A stretch of DNA of 64,000 bases from an uncultured Chromatiales bacterium (GTDB lineage: Bacteria > Bacteroidota > Ignavibacteria > SZUA-365), in assembly GCA_964388275.1 (NCBI GenBank), contig CAYLZD010000020.1:3232-67231 (forward strand). Direction: 5' to 3'. A program made the translations under genes and the position numbers. Of the stretch, positions 19,095 through 28,658 are shown in pieces; positions within the stretch are counted from its first letter, which is position 1, and every line of letters starts with the position of its first letter. A model generated the notes under the pieces. That model saw only the letters and a program-made list of their open reading frames with translations, did no database searches and was not told the DNA's origin.

Positions 19095-21368
19095 ATGGCG
19101 CAGGCAAGCAAGGAGAGGAAGCGTATGCGCGCAGTGCTGATCATTCTGGCCCTGAGTTTCGCCTCGCCCGCCGCCTGGCATCTGGGCAGGGTACTGCTTG
19201 GTGAGAATGCCGGGGCAGGCGATCCGCAGAGAGAAAAAACGGTCCGCACGGAAACCGACTGGAACGACTACATGTGGCCGACGAACGCCGGCCGGATACG
19301 AACCTCGAGTTTCGCCGAATTCCGCTCCAATCATTTCCACGCCGGCATCGACGTCAGCACAGGCAACCGCACCGGATTCGACATGTACGCGTCGCGCTCC
19401 GGCTGGCTGCATTCCATTACCTTCCAACCGTACGGTTACGGCTGGCTGCTGGTGCTGCGCCATCCAGACGGTTATTACACTTGCTACGCTCATCTGAAGG
19501 GCTTCCCGAAAAAAGTCATCGAGGCCTATCACGCGAAACTCGCCTCGCTGGACCGAAGTTTCGGCCGTGTGGAATGGGCGAAGGGCGAAGTGCCCGTGCA
19601 AAAGGGGGAACTGGTCGCTTACACGGGAGACACGGGCGCCGGTCCGGCTCATATTCATTTCGAAGTGCGGGACGCGGATTTCAATCCCGTCAATCCCGAA
19701 ATAGGAGCGAAACTGCGCACACGCGACACCATCGCCCCGGAATTCCGGCAGATATGTTTCATGCCCCTGGACGCCCGCTCCTCGGTCAACGGAAAATCGG
19801 CGCCGCTGCTGCTCGACGCGTCGCGGCGGGACTCGAAGGGTTACCTGATCGCCGCCAAGCCCGTGTTGTCGGGTCGAGTGGGCGTGCTCGTGCGAGCGCA
19901 AGACCGGGCCCAGGATGCTCAGGACGCGCCCACCCCGCATGCGCTGCTGCTGTCCCTCGATGCCAAGCCGTTTTTCGAATCGCGCTTCGACCGCGTGCAG
20001 GACGACCACTCCTGGCACATCCGCATTGACAGGGACCACTGGTTGATGAAGGCGAAGAAGGGGGAGTTCCGCAAGCTTTTCAGGGAAGAGGGGAACACTC
20101 TCTCGGTTTACATCGATCACGGAAACTGCGACGGCGAATTGAGCGTCGAGTCGGCGCCCGCGGGAGAGCGCCGATTGCGCATCGATGCGAAGGACATTTC
20201 CGGCAACGCCTCGTCACTCCGCATAGCCGTCGTGATAGCGCCGGAGCGTTCCCCTGAGCTGAGATTCAAGGACGGCGCCCTGACTGTTTCCCTGCCTGAC
20301 GCGCGCGGCGCAGCCGCGCTGGCGCTGTTCGCCGACGCCGGCAAGGGCAGGTGGCGGGAGGTCAGGCGTTGGAAGACCCCGGAATCCGGCGAGGCGCAAC
20401 TTTACGAAACCTCCGGCACGCGTTCAACCTGGAAAGCGGCCGCCCTGAGCGCGGACGGCGTCGAACTTTCCGCCGCCTTCGCGTCCAATCTGTGGGACGG
20501 AGGAGACGCGAGGATCTCCACGACTATGGAGACGCGCTTCGACGAGATCGCATTGACCGTTGCCGGCAGGAGGCCTTTCGACGGGAAGCCATACGTCACC
20601 GTGACGCAGGGACGCGAGACGCGTCAGGCGGAGGTATTCTGGGAAGGACCGGGCCGAGTGCGCGCCGTGTTGAAGGCCTGGCAGGGCTTCGCGGGCGATG
20701 CTGTGATAAGGACGTCGGCGTCGATAGGCGGCGTCGCCGCGGAAGCCGAGGAAAGAATCAACATGACGCTGGTTTCAACGGAGAGCGGCGGCTCGGTGAA
20801 ATCCGGCGACGGGAAATGCGTCATCGATTTCGGCCCCCGCGACGTTTACAGATCGATGCTTGTGGCGCTGCGCGGATCGGACGACGCGTCGGGGAGAGCC
20901 TGTTACGAAGCCGCGCCCGACGATGTGCCGCTTGCGGGCAAGCCGGTAGTGCGCGTGCGTTCCGCAACGGAGGAGTCGAACGCCTGTTTCATCAAGGCGC
21001 ACAATTCCTTCGCGCATCTCCGTTTCGATCGCAGGGGAGAAGCGGGGCGCGGCGCCGCGGCGGGCGCGTTCGGGCGGCTGTTGGGACGCTATTGCCTGCT
21101 CGCCGACGCTGCGGGTCCGGAAATCTCGGTGTCGCCGGGAAGAGGAGGACTGGAGATACGGATCACCGACTCTCTTTCGGGAGTCGATCCGGAAAGCATA
21201 AGAGTGCGCGCCGGCGGCATTGCGCTGCCGCTGGAGTTTTCCGAGGCCGGCCGCGCCTACCTGCTGCCCCGTTCCATCGCGCGCGCCGTGAAGGACAAAA
21301 CCGTGCTTGTCGAAGCTTCGGACCTCATGGGCAACACCACGCGGCGACAGGCGTCCGCCGGCAGGTGA
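19095..21368 (+). CDS. M23 (LytM) family metallopeptidase with long C-terminal extension
   Basis: N-terminal hydrophobic anchor; HAGID, YAHL and HIHFE zinc ligands intact. Confidence 0.85.
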   Translation: MAQASKERKRMRAVLIILALSFASPAAWHLGRVLLGENAGAGDPQREKTVRTETDWNDYMWPTNAGRIRTSSFAEFRSNHFHAGIDVSTGNRTGFDMYASRSGWLHSITFQPYGYGWLLVLRHPDGYYTCYAHLKGFPKKVIEAYHAKLASLDRSFGRVEWAKGEVPVQKGELVAYTGDTGAGPAHIHFEVRDADFNPVNPEIGAKLRTRDTIAPEFRQICFMPLDARSSVNGKSAPLLLDASRRDSKGYLIAAKPVLSGRVGVLVRAQDRAQDAQDAPTPHALLLSLDAKPFFESRFDRVQDDHSWHIRIDRDHWLMKAKKGEFRKLFREEGNTLSVYIDHGNCDGELSVESAPAGERRLRIDAKDISGNASSLRIAVVIAPERSPELRFKDGALTVSLPDARGAAALALFADAGKGRWREVRRWKTPESGEAQLYETSGTRSTWKAAALSADGVELSAAFASNLWDGGDARISTTMETRFDEIALTVAGRRPFDGKPYVTVTQGRETRQAEVFWEGPGRVRAVLKAWQGFAGDAVIRTSASIGGVAAEAEERINMTLVSTESGGSVKSGDGKCVIDFGPRDVYRSMLVALRGSDDASGRACYEAAPDDVPLAGKPVVRVRSATEESNACFIKAHNSFAHLRFDRRGEAGRGAAAGAFGRLLGRYCLLADAAGPEISVSPGRGGLEIRITDSLSGVDPESIRVRAGGIALPLEFSEAGRAYLLPRSIARAVKDKTVLVEASDLMGNTTRRQASAGR

Positions 21369-21394
21369 CAAGCCCGCTTGAGCGGAAAAAGGAA

Positions 21395-21422
21395 GGGCCG
21401 CGCCCTCGGATCGGCGCGGCCC
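21395..21422 (-). terminator. Hairpin terminator between convergent genes
   Basis: GGGCCGCGCC-CTCGGATC-GGCGCGGCCC, followed by TTCCTTTTT on the minus strand. Confidence 0.6.
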
Positions 21423-21452
21423 AGCGAAAAGGGAGGGAGTGTTGAGGCGGCT

Positions 21453-22214
21453 TCAGAAGCCGTAGAGGGGCAACGCGAAAGCGACGTTGATGCGCACGTT
21501 GTGCACGCACCAGGAATCCGCGTACTTCGCGTCGATCGGGTGATCGAACCCGTAGTTGTAGTGCAGTTGGGGAGAGAAGAAACCGTACATGTAGAAGAAC
21601 TCGTAACCCAGCATCAGATCGAGCGACGCCCGCATGGGATTCGTATTTGTCAGCGGCCCCGTTACCGGCGGCCCCTTCTGTCCGGCGACCCAGCCGGGAT
21701 CGGTGATTGTGGCGGTGTTGACGAAGCGCTTGGCCGTCAGGAAGGAAACGCTGAAACCGGCGCCCAGGAAAAAGCCGGGACCGCCTCCGGGATAAACCTT
21801 CGCGTAGGCGCCAGCCGTGATGTAGCGTAGTATGTAATCGGTCGTGTGGTCACGGCGCACAGCATAGAGATTTCCGTCGTCGTCCGAAATTCTGTACGCC
21901 TCGAGGACGTTTTCCTTGACGATTCCGCTCATCGGATCCCAGCCGAGTTTGAGACCGGCGCTTACCGAGCGCGAAAATGGCTTCTCCACGAAAGCGAAGG
22001 CGTTGAAGTTGATCGCCTGACCGTTCGCGAAAGTCCTCATCTCGGGATCGGGCAGAACCGGCACGTCGCCCGCGTACATCGTGTAATTCATCCCGAGCGA
22101 GAGGCCGCCGCGGAACGCGTGCCAGGTGCGCTCTCCGACGCGCGTCCACTGCGCCGATACGTCCGGAGCGCAGAGAAATGCCGTCAGTGTCATGCAGAAA
22201 AGAATGCGCTTCAT
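21453..22214 (-). CDS. Outer-membrane beta-barrel protein (porin/OMP family)
   Basis: Signal peptide, alternating amphipathic strands (GLSLGMNY, FFLGAGFSV), C-terminal Phe; immediately downstream of the giant secreted protein. Confidence 0.75.
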   Translation of the reverse strand: MKRILFCMTLTAFLCAPDVSAQWTRVGERTWHAFRGGLSLGMNYTMYAGDVPVLPDPEMRTFANGQAINFNAFAFVEKPFSRSVSAGLKLGWDPMSGIVKENVLEAYRISDDDGNLYAVRRDHTTDYILRYITAGAYAKVYPGGGPGFFLGAGFSVSFLTAKRFVNTATITDPGWVAGQKGPPVTGPLTNTNPMRASLDLMLGYEFFYMYGFFSPQLHYNYGFDHPIDAKYADSWCVHNVRINVAFALPLYGF

Positions 22215-22226
22215 TGCTACGGTCTC

Positions 22227-25200
22227 CTATCTGGCGACTATGAGTTTCTGTGTCAGGAATTCCCCGCCCGTGTTGAGCGTGATAATGTACACTCCGGCCG
22301 GAAGGTCCGTCGGCGCGAACTCCGCCGTGTGCGGACCGCGCAGAGTCTGCCCTGAATGCAGCACCGACACCCGGTTTCCAAGTCCGTCGTAAACCGCGAG
22401 TTCCGCGTGCGCGTCCCGCGCGAGTTCAAAGGATATGACGGCTGCGGAAGAGCTGCTTTGCAGCAGCACGTTCGGCCTTGGAGGCAGAAGCTGCGAGATG
22501 CCTAGGTCGTACCATGTGCTCACACCGAATCTGGGGCGCACCCTGACCGTGGCCGAACAGTTCTGATCCGTCGAAAGCAGGCCGACGGACGGCGAAAAGC
22601 CGGGATCCCGGAGTTCGAAACCGCTCAACTTGTCCTTGCCGACCAGCACTTCCATAAGAAGTGTTCCGATGAGTCCGGCCCGGAAATCGGTCCCGACGAT
22701 GGTGACCAGCGCCTTGTCCGGCGCTTTGCGCTCGATGATTCCGCCGCCGCGCACAGTGCGTATTCCCACCGGGGCGAGATTGAAGACGTTGAATCCGACC
22801 TCGACCGAGAATTCCATCTCGAGCCCTCCGCAGCTTACGTCGCCCGAGAGATAGAGCGGCACCTCCAGGATGGCGCCGGGCAGCGCCTCGAGAGCGGGGG
22901 AGATCCCGGCTTCTTTTCCACAGGAGAGCGTCACATCAGTGCGGAGGAGCCGCACCGACAGCGCGATGGAAGTTTCGAAACCGCAGACTTCATCGATCGC
23001 CTTCAGCACCGCGTTTTCATCCCTGCCGGCGGTTCCGCTGAAGAGCACTGGAATCTCTACGCGCCGGCCGGGCGGGATGATGATGCTTCGGAGAGTGTCC
23101 GTCACCGTAAAGGAGGCGGATCCGCTCAATTCGAGCCGGACCGTTGCCGGAGCGGTTCCGGTGTTCAGAAGCGTCACCGGCAGGGCCGCGGTCTCGGCGG
23201 AGCAGGAAATCGTCGCCGTGACCGAATCCCTGAGGAAGGCGAGTCCTATGCGCTGGAAGCGCGCCGTGACGGGTATGCTGACTCGCTCCGGAAGGCAGGC
23301 GCTGTCGGGCCGCTCGACAGCGAGCTCCAGCGAGGCGGTCACAAACGCGAGAGATGTATCGGGCGCTTCGGAGAAACCGGCCTCGATGGACAGGGATGCG
23401 CCGGGCTGGATTATCACCGGCCAGGATGCCGGCCGCAGGATTCTGAACGGCGCGGACAACGGCCTCGTCTCTGCGCTTACAATCAGTGGAACGGCGCCCG
23501 TGTTGTACAGCGCGGCTTCCTTGACGAGTTTCTCGCGGTCGCTTTCCACAACGGAGCCCGAGGGGCAAATCGTCAGGGCGCCGAAAGCGAACTCCGCCGG
23601 TGAAACCGTGAAGGACGTCGGAAGGATCACGGCATTCACCGGGAAGGATTGTTCAGTTCCGCACGGATCCCCGTATACGCGGATCTCGCCGCCGTAAGCG
23701 CCCGGCGCCGATGCCGCAAGGCGCAGAATCACTTCCTTCGAGGCGGCGGGCTGCAATGTGAAGGGGAATTGACCGGGCGGATCCCAGACGAATCCTTCGG
23801 GAGGAACGGATCCGTCCGCTATCACGACAATGTCGGCGCCCGTGTTGGTGACGGTTGCGCGGAACTGGCGCGAGATGGATGTTTCACACGTCAGCACGGT
23901 GACCGGACCCGGGGGGGTCAGAGACGTGATTTCGAAACGCGGTTGTATGCCGTTGCCGGTGAGATCCAGTGTCAGTTCGCCCGGACAACCGTCGGAACGC
24001 AGCGACACAGCGGCGGCGTACATGCCCATCGCCGGTGGCTTGAAACGGACCGCGAAGTCCGCTGTCGCGCCCGGCTGAAGAGTGATTCGATAAGGCCTGG
24101 TGGTCAGTGAGAACGGTGCTCCGGGCGGGAAACCGTCCGAGGAGATCAAGAGCGGCATGTCGCCTGTGTTCTCCAGCGTCCAGTGCCGGATCGTGGTTTC
24201 ACCGACGCAGGTGCGCGCGAAATCGGCTTCTTCCGTCTTCTCGTGCAGCACGAAGGCGGGTCTGTAGCGTTCCCCGCTCAATGCCACGGACCGGCGCTCG
24301 CTGCATGAGCCGGTGGCGCCCGCGAATACCATGACAGTCAGCGAATCCGCAAACCGTCCGCCTCCGCCGGGCAGCGCTTGCACTTCGAAAATCTGTTCCG
24401 AGGACGGCGGGATCACGACTCCCTGAGTCGGGAAATCCGTTCCGCTCAGGAGCACCCTGTAACGCGAAGCAGGTGCGGAAGCCACGAGCAGCACCGGCAG
24501 AGAGGACGCGTTTCCGACTCTTACGGTTTTGCTGATGCCGGTAGAAGCCGTGTCACAGGAGATGATTCTGCCGAAATCCAGGGCGGCTGGGGCAATTGAA
24601 ACCTGCGGAATGATTCTCGAACCGGTGAGCCGGAAAGCCGCGCTCGTGCCGCAGGGCGATCCGATCCAGTTTACGCTCCCGCCGAATTCACCGTGCCGGC
24701 CGGCCGGCGGTCTGAATGTGACCCACGTTTCGAAAGCCGATGCGGGGCCGGGTTGTATGCTTACCGGCAGGGCCAGGGAAGGATCCCAGAAAAAGCCCTC
24801 AGGGAGCGGCGGAAGCTCTGAAAACACCGCCGCTTGCGAGCCCGTGTTCGTGACACGCAACAGCATTCTTCCCTCGTCTTCGCAGTCCGCGAGGACGATT
24901 GCTGCCGGTTGCAGCGACGCGTCGAGAAATTGCTGCGAGAAGGTGGCGCCTTGCAGCGACACCGAGCGCGCCAGATCGCAGCGGTCGGCCGTGATGCTCA
25001 AGGTGTCGCTGAAGGATCCAGCGGCCAGCGGATGGAAGCGCAATTCCACCTCGCGATGCCCGCCGGGCGGCAGTTCGAACGACGCAGAGAAGGCGTCGAC
25101 CTCGAAAGGCTGCGGCGCCGCCATCACAATGGACAATTCGGATGTGCCCGTGTTTACAACGCGTATGTATTTCGGCGCGGAGTACTCGCCGACGCAGATG

Positions 25201-26996
25201 GAGTCGAAAACCTGCGGCGGAAGGGCGCCGGGAGTCGCCGCCGCTTCCACGAGGAAAGAAGGATCCTCCCTGCGGCCCGTCAAAGAGATTTCTATGTTTT
25301 CACGGCATACGCCGAAATCGGCCTCGATCCCGAACACGGCCGCTATGTCGGCGGCGCCCGCGCGTTTGGCCTGCAGCGTCACTGCGAGCGTGCCGCCGGG
25401 CGGTATGGAAGCCGGTGCGGACGTCAGCAGAAAACCGGAGGGCAGTGCGTAGCGAAGCTGCGCCGGCGCAGAGTGCGCGTTGAAGAGAGTTATGACGCGC
25501 TCGGGCAGCGGGTCGGTCTCGCAGGAATTGATGATGCCGAACTCCAGCTCGCGAATGTCGGCGCTCACCGTGGGAGCGATGCGAGTTCCCTGAAGCTTGA
25601 AATGCGTCTGACGCCCGCAGGAAGTCGCTGTCATGATTATGTTGTCGACGATCGCTCCGCGCTGTTCGGGCAAAGGTCTGAATTCGAAATACAGGCGCGC
25701 CGAATCCCGGGGAGGTATCGACAAGGGGAAAAGCTCAGGGTTCTTGAGAATGAATCCCGGTCCGGGCGCCGGCTGCGACGGGAACGACACTGCCGTGAGC
25801 GATTCGTTGTAAAGCGTCACCGCTATCAGATCCTGCGCGTAAGGTTCGCAACTCAACAGCACGGGCGAGCCGAGCACGGAGGCCGTGACGTCGCTGCGTC
25901 CGATGCGCGCAATGACGGGCACTTCGATTGTTCGCGGAAAAGAAGCCGCTGACGTCAGTGTGATTTTTCCCGCGTGAGTCCCCTGGCAGGGGATTTCCGA
26001 AGTGCGGATCATGACCGTCACCGAATCATCGCCTCTCCCGCTGTTCTTAGAGAGCACTATCCATGGCTCCGAAACCGAGAAAGTCCAGTCTGCGCAATTC
26101 AGACCGCTGCCGAGTATGCGCAACGTCTGCGGAGGCGGCGCGGCGGGTCCGATAAGGAAGGTATCCAGCGTGGAGGCCGTGGTCGGAAAGCGACGGCGGA
26201 TGTAGTTCGCGATCACCGTCTTGTGGGTGTCCATCCGTATCGTGATCACCGGATTGTTCCCTGCGGCATTTCCGGACCAGTGCGAAAACACATGACAGGT
26301 GTCCGGCGGCGGCAGGTTGAGCGCGGAGAGAGTGACGATTTCATCGTGCATGTAATCGGGCTGATCCGGGACTTTCAGCACAGCCCCGCTCCCGGCCGGA
26401 GAAACACCCGTGTTCAGCACCCATCTCTGTAAAACAGGTCCGCCATAGCTGACCGTGACGATGTATCTGTTCACGCCTGCGGGCAGAAGAACCTGTGATT
26501 GCGCTGTCATGTCGGCCGACAGAACGGACGGATCCGGGAACGCGGCAATAAAAGCCGACGTGATGCCGGCCGACAGCGGTATCGACCAGGCGAGATATGT
26601 AAATGAAGCCCCCGCGGCTCGGCGCACCTGTACTTCATAACGCTGAACTATCGGCGGCGCAGTGTAGATGCCTCGCAGATCCAGCCAAACGCCGTTCCCG
26701 AGAAGCGAGGGCGACCGCAGATCGTTATCGATTATCCGCGCGTCGAAATTGCCCGCCAAGGGAGGCGGAAGGGGAAATTCACCAAGCCCGAAATCAATCC
26801 CGTCCGTCGCCGAGGAACTGATCCCGATTGTGATGATTCTGCTGTGACCGAGATTATCGAATGCGGTCAGCGCGGTCCTGATGTCCTGCGCAATGCTTTC
26901 AGTCGGCGGCGCAAGCAACACAACCGTGAGCAGAAACAGCATTTCTCGGAACCTCTCAAGTGAACGCCGGTTTGTATCAGGCATATTGGACCTCAT
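22227..26996 (-). CDS. 1589-aa multi-Ig-domain secreted protein with T9SS-type C-terminal domain
   Basis: Signal peptide; InlB-B-repeat-like and BACON-like segments; nine Cys-bracketed ASH/choice-of-anchor-D-like Ig repeats; cohesin-like module; CTD (AVYDGLGNRV..LPAGVYII..QKLIVAR). Confidence 0.85.
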   Translation of the reverse strand: MRSNMPDTNRRSLERFREMLFLLTVVLLAPPTESIAQDIRTALTAFDNLGHSRIITIGISSSATDGIDFGLGEFPLPPPLAGNFDARIIDNDLRSPSLLGNGVWLDLRGIYTAPPIVQRYEVQVRRAAGASFTYLAWSIPLSAGITSAFIAAFPDPSVLSADMTAQSQVLLPAGVNRYIVTVSYGGPVLQRWVLNTGVSPAGSGAVLKVPDQPDYMHDEIVTLSALNLPPPDTCHVFSHWSGNAAGNNPVITIRMDTHKTVIANYIRRRFPTTASTLDTFLIGPAAPPPQTLRILGSGLNCADWTFSVSEPWIVLSKNSGRGDDSVTVMIRTSEIPCQGTHAGKITLTSAASFPRTIEVPVIARIGRSDVTASVLGSPVLLSCEPYAQDLIAVTLYNESLTAVSFPSQPAPGPGFILKNPELFPLSIPPRDSARLYFEFRPLPEQRGAIVDNIIMTATSCGRQTHFKLQGTRIAPTVSADIRELEFGIINSCETDPLPERVITLFNAHSAPAQLRYALPSGFLLTSAPASIPPGGTLAVTLQAKRAGAADIAAVFGIEADFGVCRENIEISLTGRREDPSFLVEAAATPGALPPQVFDSICVGEYSAPKYIRVVNTGTSELSIVMAAPQPFEVDAFSASFELPPGGHREVELRFHPLAAGSFSDTLSITADRCDLARSVSLQGATFSQQFLDASLQPAAIVLADCEDEGRMLLRVTNTGSQAAVFSELPPLPEGFFWDPSLALPVSIQPGPASAFETWVTFRPPAGRHGEFGGSVNWIGSPCGTSAAFRLTGSRIIPQVSIAPAALDFGRIISCDTASTGISKTVRVGNASSLPVLLVASAPASRYRVLLSGTDFPTQGVVIPPSSEQIFEVQALPGGGGRFADSLTVMVFAGATGSCSERRSVALSGERYRPAFVLHEKTEEADFARTCVGETTIRHWTLENTGDMPLLISSDGFPPGAPFSLTTRPYRITLQPGATADFAVRFKPPAMGMYAAAVSLRSDGCPGELTLDLTGNGIQPRFEITSLTPPGPVTVLTCETSISRQFRATVTNTGADIVVIADGSVPPEGFVWDPPGQFPFTLQPAASKEVILRLAASAPGAYGGEIRVYGDPCGTEQSFPVNAVILPTSFTVSPAEFAFGALTICPSGSVVESDREKLVKEAALYNTGAVPLIVSAETRPLSAPFRILRPASWPVIIQPGASLSIEAGFSEAPDTSLAFVTASLELAVERPDSACLPERVSIPVTARFQRIGLAFLRDSVTATISCSAETAALPVTLLNTGTAPATVRLELSGSASFTVTDTLRSIIIPPGRRVEIPVLFSGTAGRDENAVLKAIDEVCGFETSIALSVRLLRTDVTLSCGKEAGISPALEALPGAILEVPLYLSGDVSCGGLEMEFSVEVGFNVFNLAPVGIRTVRGGGIIERKAPDKALVTIVGTDFRAGLIGTLLMEVLVGKDKLSGFELRDPGFSPSVGLLSTDQNCSATVRVRPRFGVSTWYDLGISQLLPPRPNVLLQSSSSAAVISFELARDAHAELAVYDGLGNRVSVLHSGQTLRGPHTAEFAPTDLPAGVYIITLNTGGEFLTQKLIVAR

Positions 26997-27174
26997 AACC
27001 TGTTGGATATGAATAGACTACCAGCCCTAATGTAAAGTAAAGAATGAAAAAAGTCCAGTAACGGAGAAAAAAAATGTGAACGATTTTGCATAAGCCTCTT
27101 TTTGCGTCTCGGTCGAGCCTGCCGGAAGAGAAGGCAACAGCGGGAAGAGACGGGCTTTTTCGCTAATTTCGCTG

Positions 27175-28062
27175 ATGTATGAAACAGGCGGCAAATTGAA
27201 CGGGCTTACGATACAGACCTGCAAACTCTGCGGCAGCCGGAAACTGAAGCGGCGCTGCAGACTCGATCATTACAAGCTGGACCTCCTGGAATGCACCGAG
27301 TGTACCTTCCGTTTTGTGGATTTCTTCAATACCGTTTCGCAGGCGGCGATGGATACAGGGTGGGATTATTCGGCACATGCGGCATCGCTTGCTGCGAAGT
27401 TTTCCTCCTATTGTGACCGTATAGAGCAATTTCTGCCTTTGAAGGGCCGTAGCATACTGGACGTCGGAGCGGGCGGCGGTGATTTTCTGAACCAGGCACG
27501 CTTGCGCGGCGCGCTTGTGAGCGGCTTGGATCTGGATTTGAGCGGCGTCCGCTTTGCGCGCGAAACTTACTGTATCGGGCTGGAGCAGAACATACTGGAG
27601 GAAGCCACGTACGAACCCTCGTCCTTCGATGCGATTTCGCTATGGGAGGTGATGGAACACCTGAACAGACCGCGGGAACTCGTGGCGGCCGCGGCGGATC
27701 TTCTGAAATCCGGCGGCTTTCTCTTTCTGTCCACACCTTCCCGCGACAGCTTGTGGGACAAGGCGGCCTTCGCTCTTTACGATATTTCTTTCGGTCTTGT
27801 GCAATTTCCGTTGTCCTATCGGTATTCCTGGACGCATTTGCAGATCTTCTCGGGCCGGGACATGGCAAGATTGCTGAAAGAGCATGGTTTCGAGATCGTG
27901 TTTCTGGAGAGACGGATGGAGTTTACCTATCCGCTGGAAGATTACCTTCACAGGGTGGGAAACCGGAGGCTTCGAAGAATGCTGGCTCGGTTGTTCGGAT
28001 GCTTCGTGAAAGCAGTGCCGGTGCGGAACAAGATGATCGTTTACGCTCGCAAGAAGCCATGA
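27175..28062 (+). CDS. Class I SAM-dependent methyltransferase with N-terminal Zn-ribbon-like CxxC pairs
   Basis: CKLC..CTEC, ILDVGAGGG, DAISLWEVMEHL, LKSGGFLFLSTP. Confidence 0.88.
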   Translation: MYETGGKLNGLTIQTCKLCGSRKLKRRCRLDHYKLDLLECTECTFRFVDFFNTVSQAAMDTGWDYSAHAASLAAKFSSYCDRIEQFLPLKGRSILDVGAGGGDFLNQARLRGALVSGLDLDLSGVRFARETYCIGLEQNILEEATYEPSSFDAISLWEVMEHLNRPRELVAAAADLLKSGGFLFLSTPSRDSLWDKAAFALYDISFGLVQFPLSYRYSWTHLQIFSGRDMARLLKEHGFEIVFLERRMEFTYPLEDYLHRVGNRRLRRMLARLFGCFVKAVPVRNKMIVYARKKP

Positions 28063-28073
28063 CGGCGATTTTG

Positions 28074-28090
28074 ACCGCCAAGACGCCATG
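28074..28090. repeat. Left arm of 17-bp imperfect inverted repeat (GCCAWGAC octamer units)
   Basis: ACCGCCAAGACGCCATG, 15/17 to the reverse complement of 28628-28644; extra units at 28056-28063 and 28092-28098. Confidence 0.65.
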
Positions 28091-28155
28091 ACACCAGGAT
28101 AATTTTTATACTGATACGTTGAGCGTCGTGCAATGGTTGGAGTTGGGAAGGTGGT

Positions 28156-28556
28156 TCAGCGTTGTGAGTCGATGATTCTTTTGATGCCTGATTTCAAAAC
28201 GGGGACATTGAAATTGATGAGAAGGCCGAGTCGACAGTCAAGGGCGCGGAGGTATGACATCACCTGAGCGGTGTGAACAGGGAGCAGAGCGTCACAGGCC
28301 TTCAGTTTGACGACCAGAACTCCTGCGATTAGGAAGTCCACTCTGCCGTTGCCGACCTGATGTCCTTTATGGTATATCGGCACGGTTTGTTGACGTCTGA
28401 ATGCAATTTTACGAAGTCCCAACCCATGGAAATCGCTTTTTCATAAATCGATTCCAGAAAACCTGGTCCGAGATTTCTGTGCACTTCAATCGACGCTCCC
28501 ACAACTGAATGCGCGAGTCGGTCGATCTCAATATCGGGTTCGGGAAATCCTGACAC
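28156..28556 (-). pseudogene. GxxExxY family (PD-(D/E)XK-fold) gene, frameshifted
   Basis: N-half (IEVHRNLGPGFLESIYEKA) and C-half (GRVDFLI..VVKLKA..QVMSYL..GLLINFNV) are in different frames; one-base loss near 28423 (ATG-GG-TTG-GGA); ExK reads KLK. Confidence 0.85.
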
Positions 28557-28627
28557 GTGTAGCTCAACCAGTTACACGCGTTTTATCAAGATATGTTCCC
28601 GCGTCCGATATCTTTTAAAAAAAATTC

Positions 28628-28644
28628 CTTGGCGTCATGGCGGT
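28628..28644. repeat. Right arm of the inverted repeat flanking the GxxExxY cassette
   Basis: CTTGGCGTCATGGCGGT; reverse complement ACCGCCATGACGCCAAG. Confidence 0.65.
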
Positions 28645-28658
28645 TTTATTTCCACTCT

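Noticed and set aside
27074-27091. Second Rex-box-like site ATGTGAA-CGAT-TTTGCAT
   Set aside because: Only 10/14 match in an AT-rich intergenic region; could be chance
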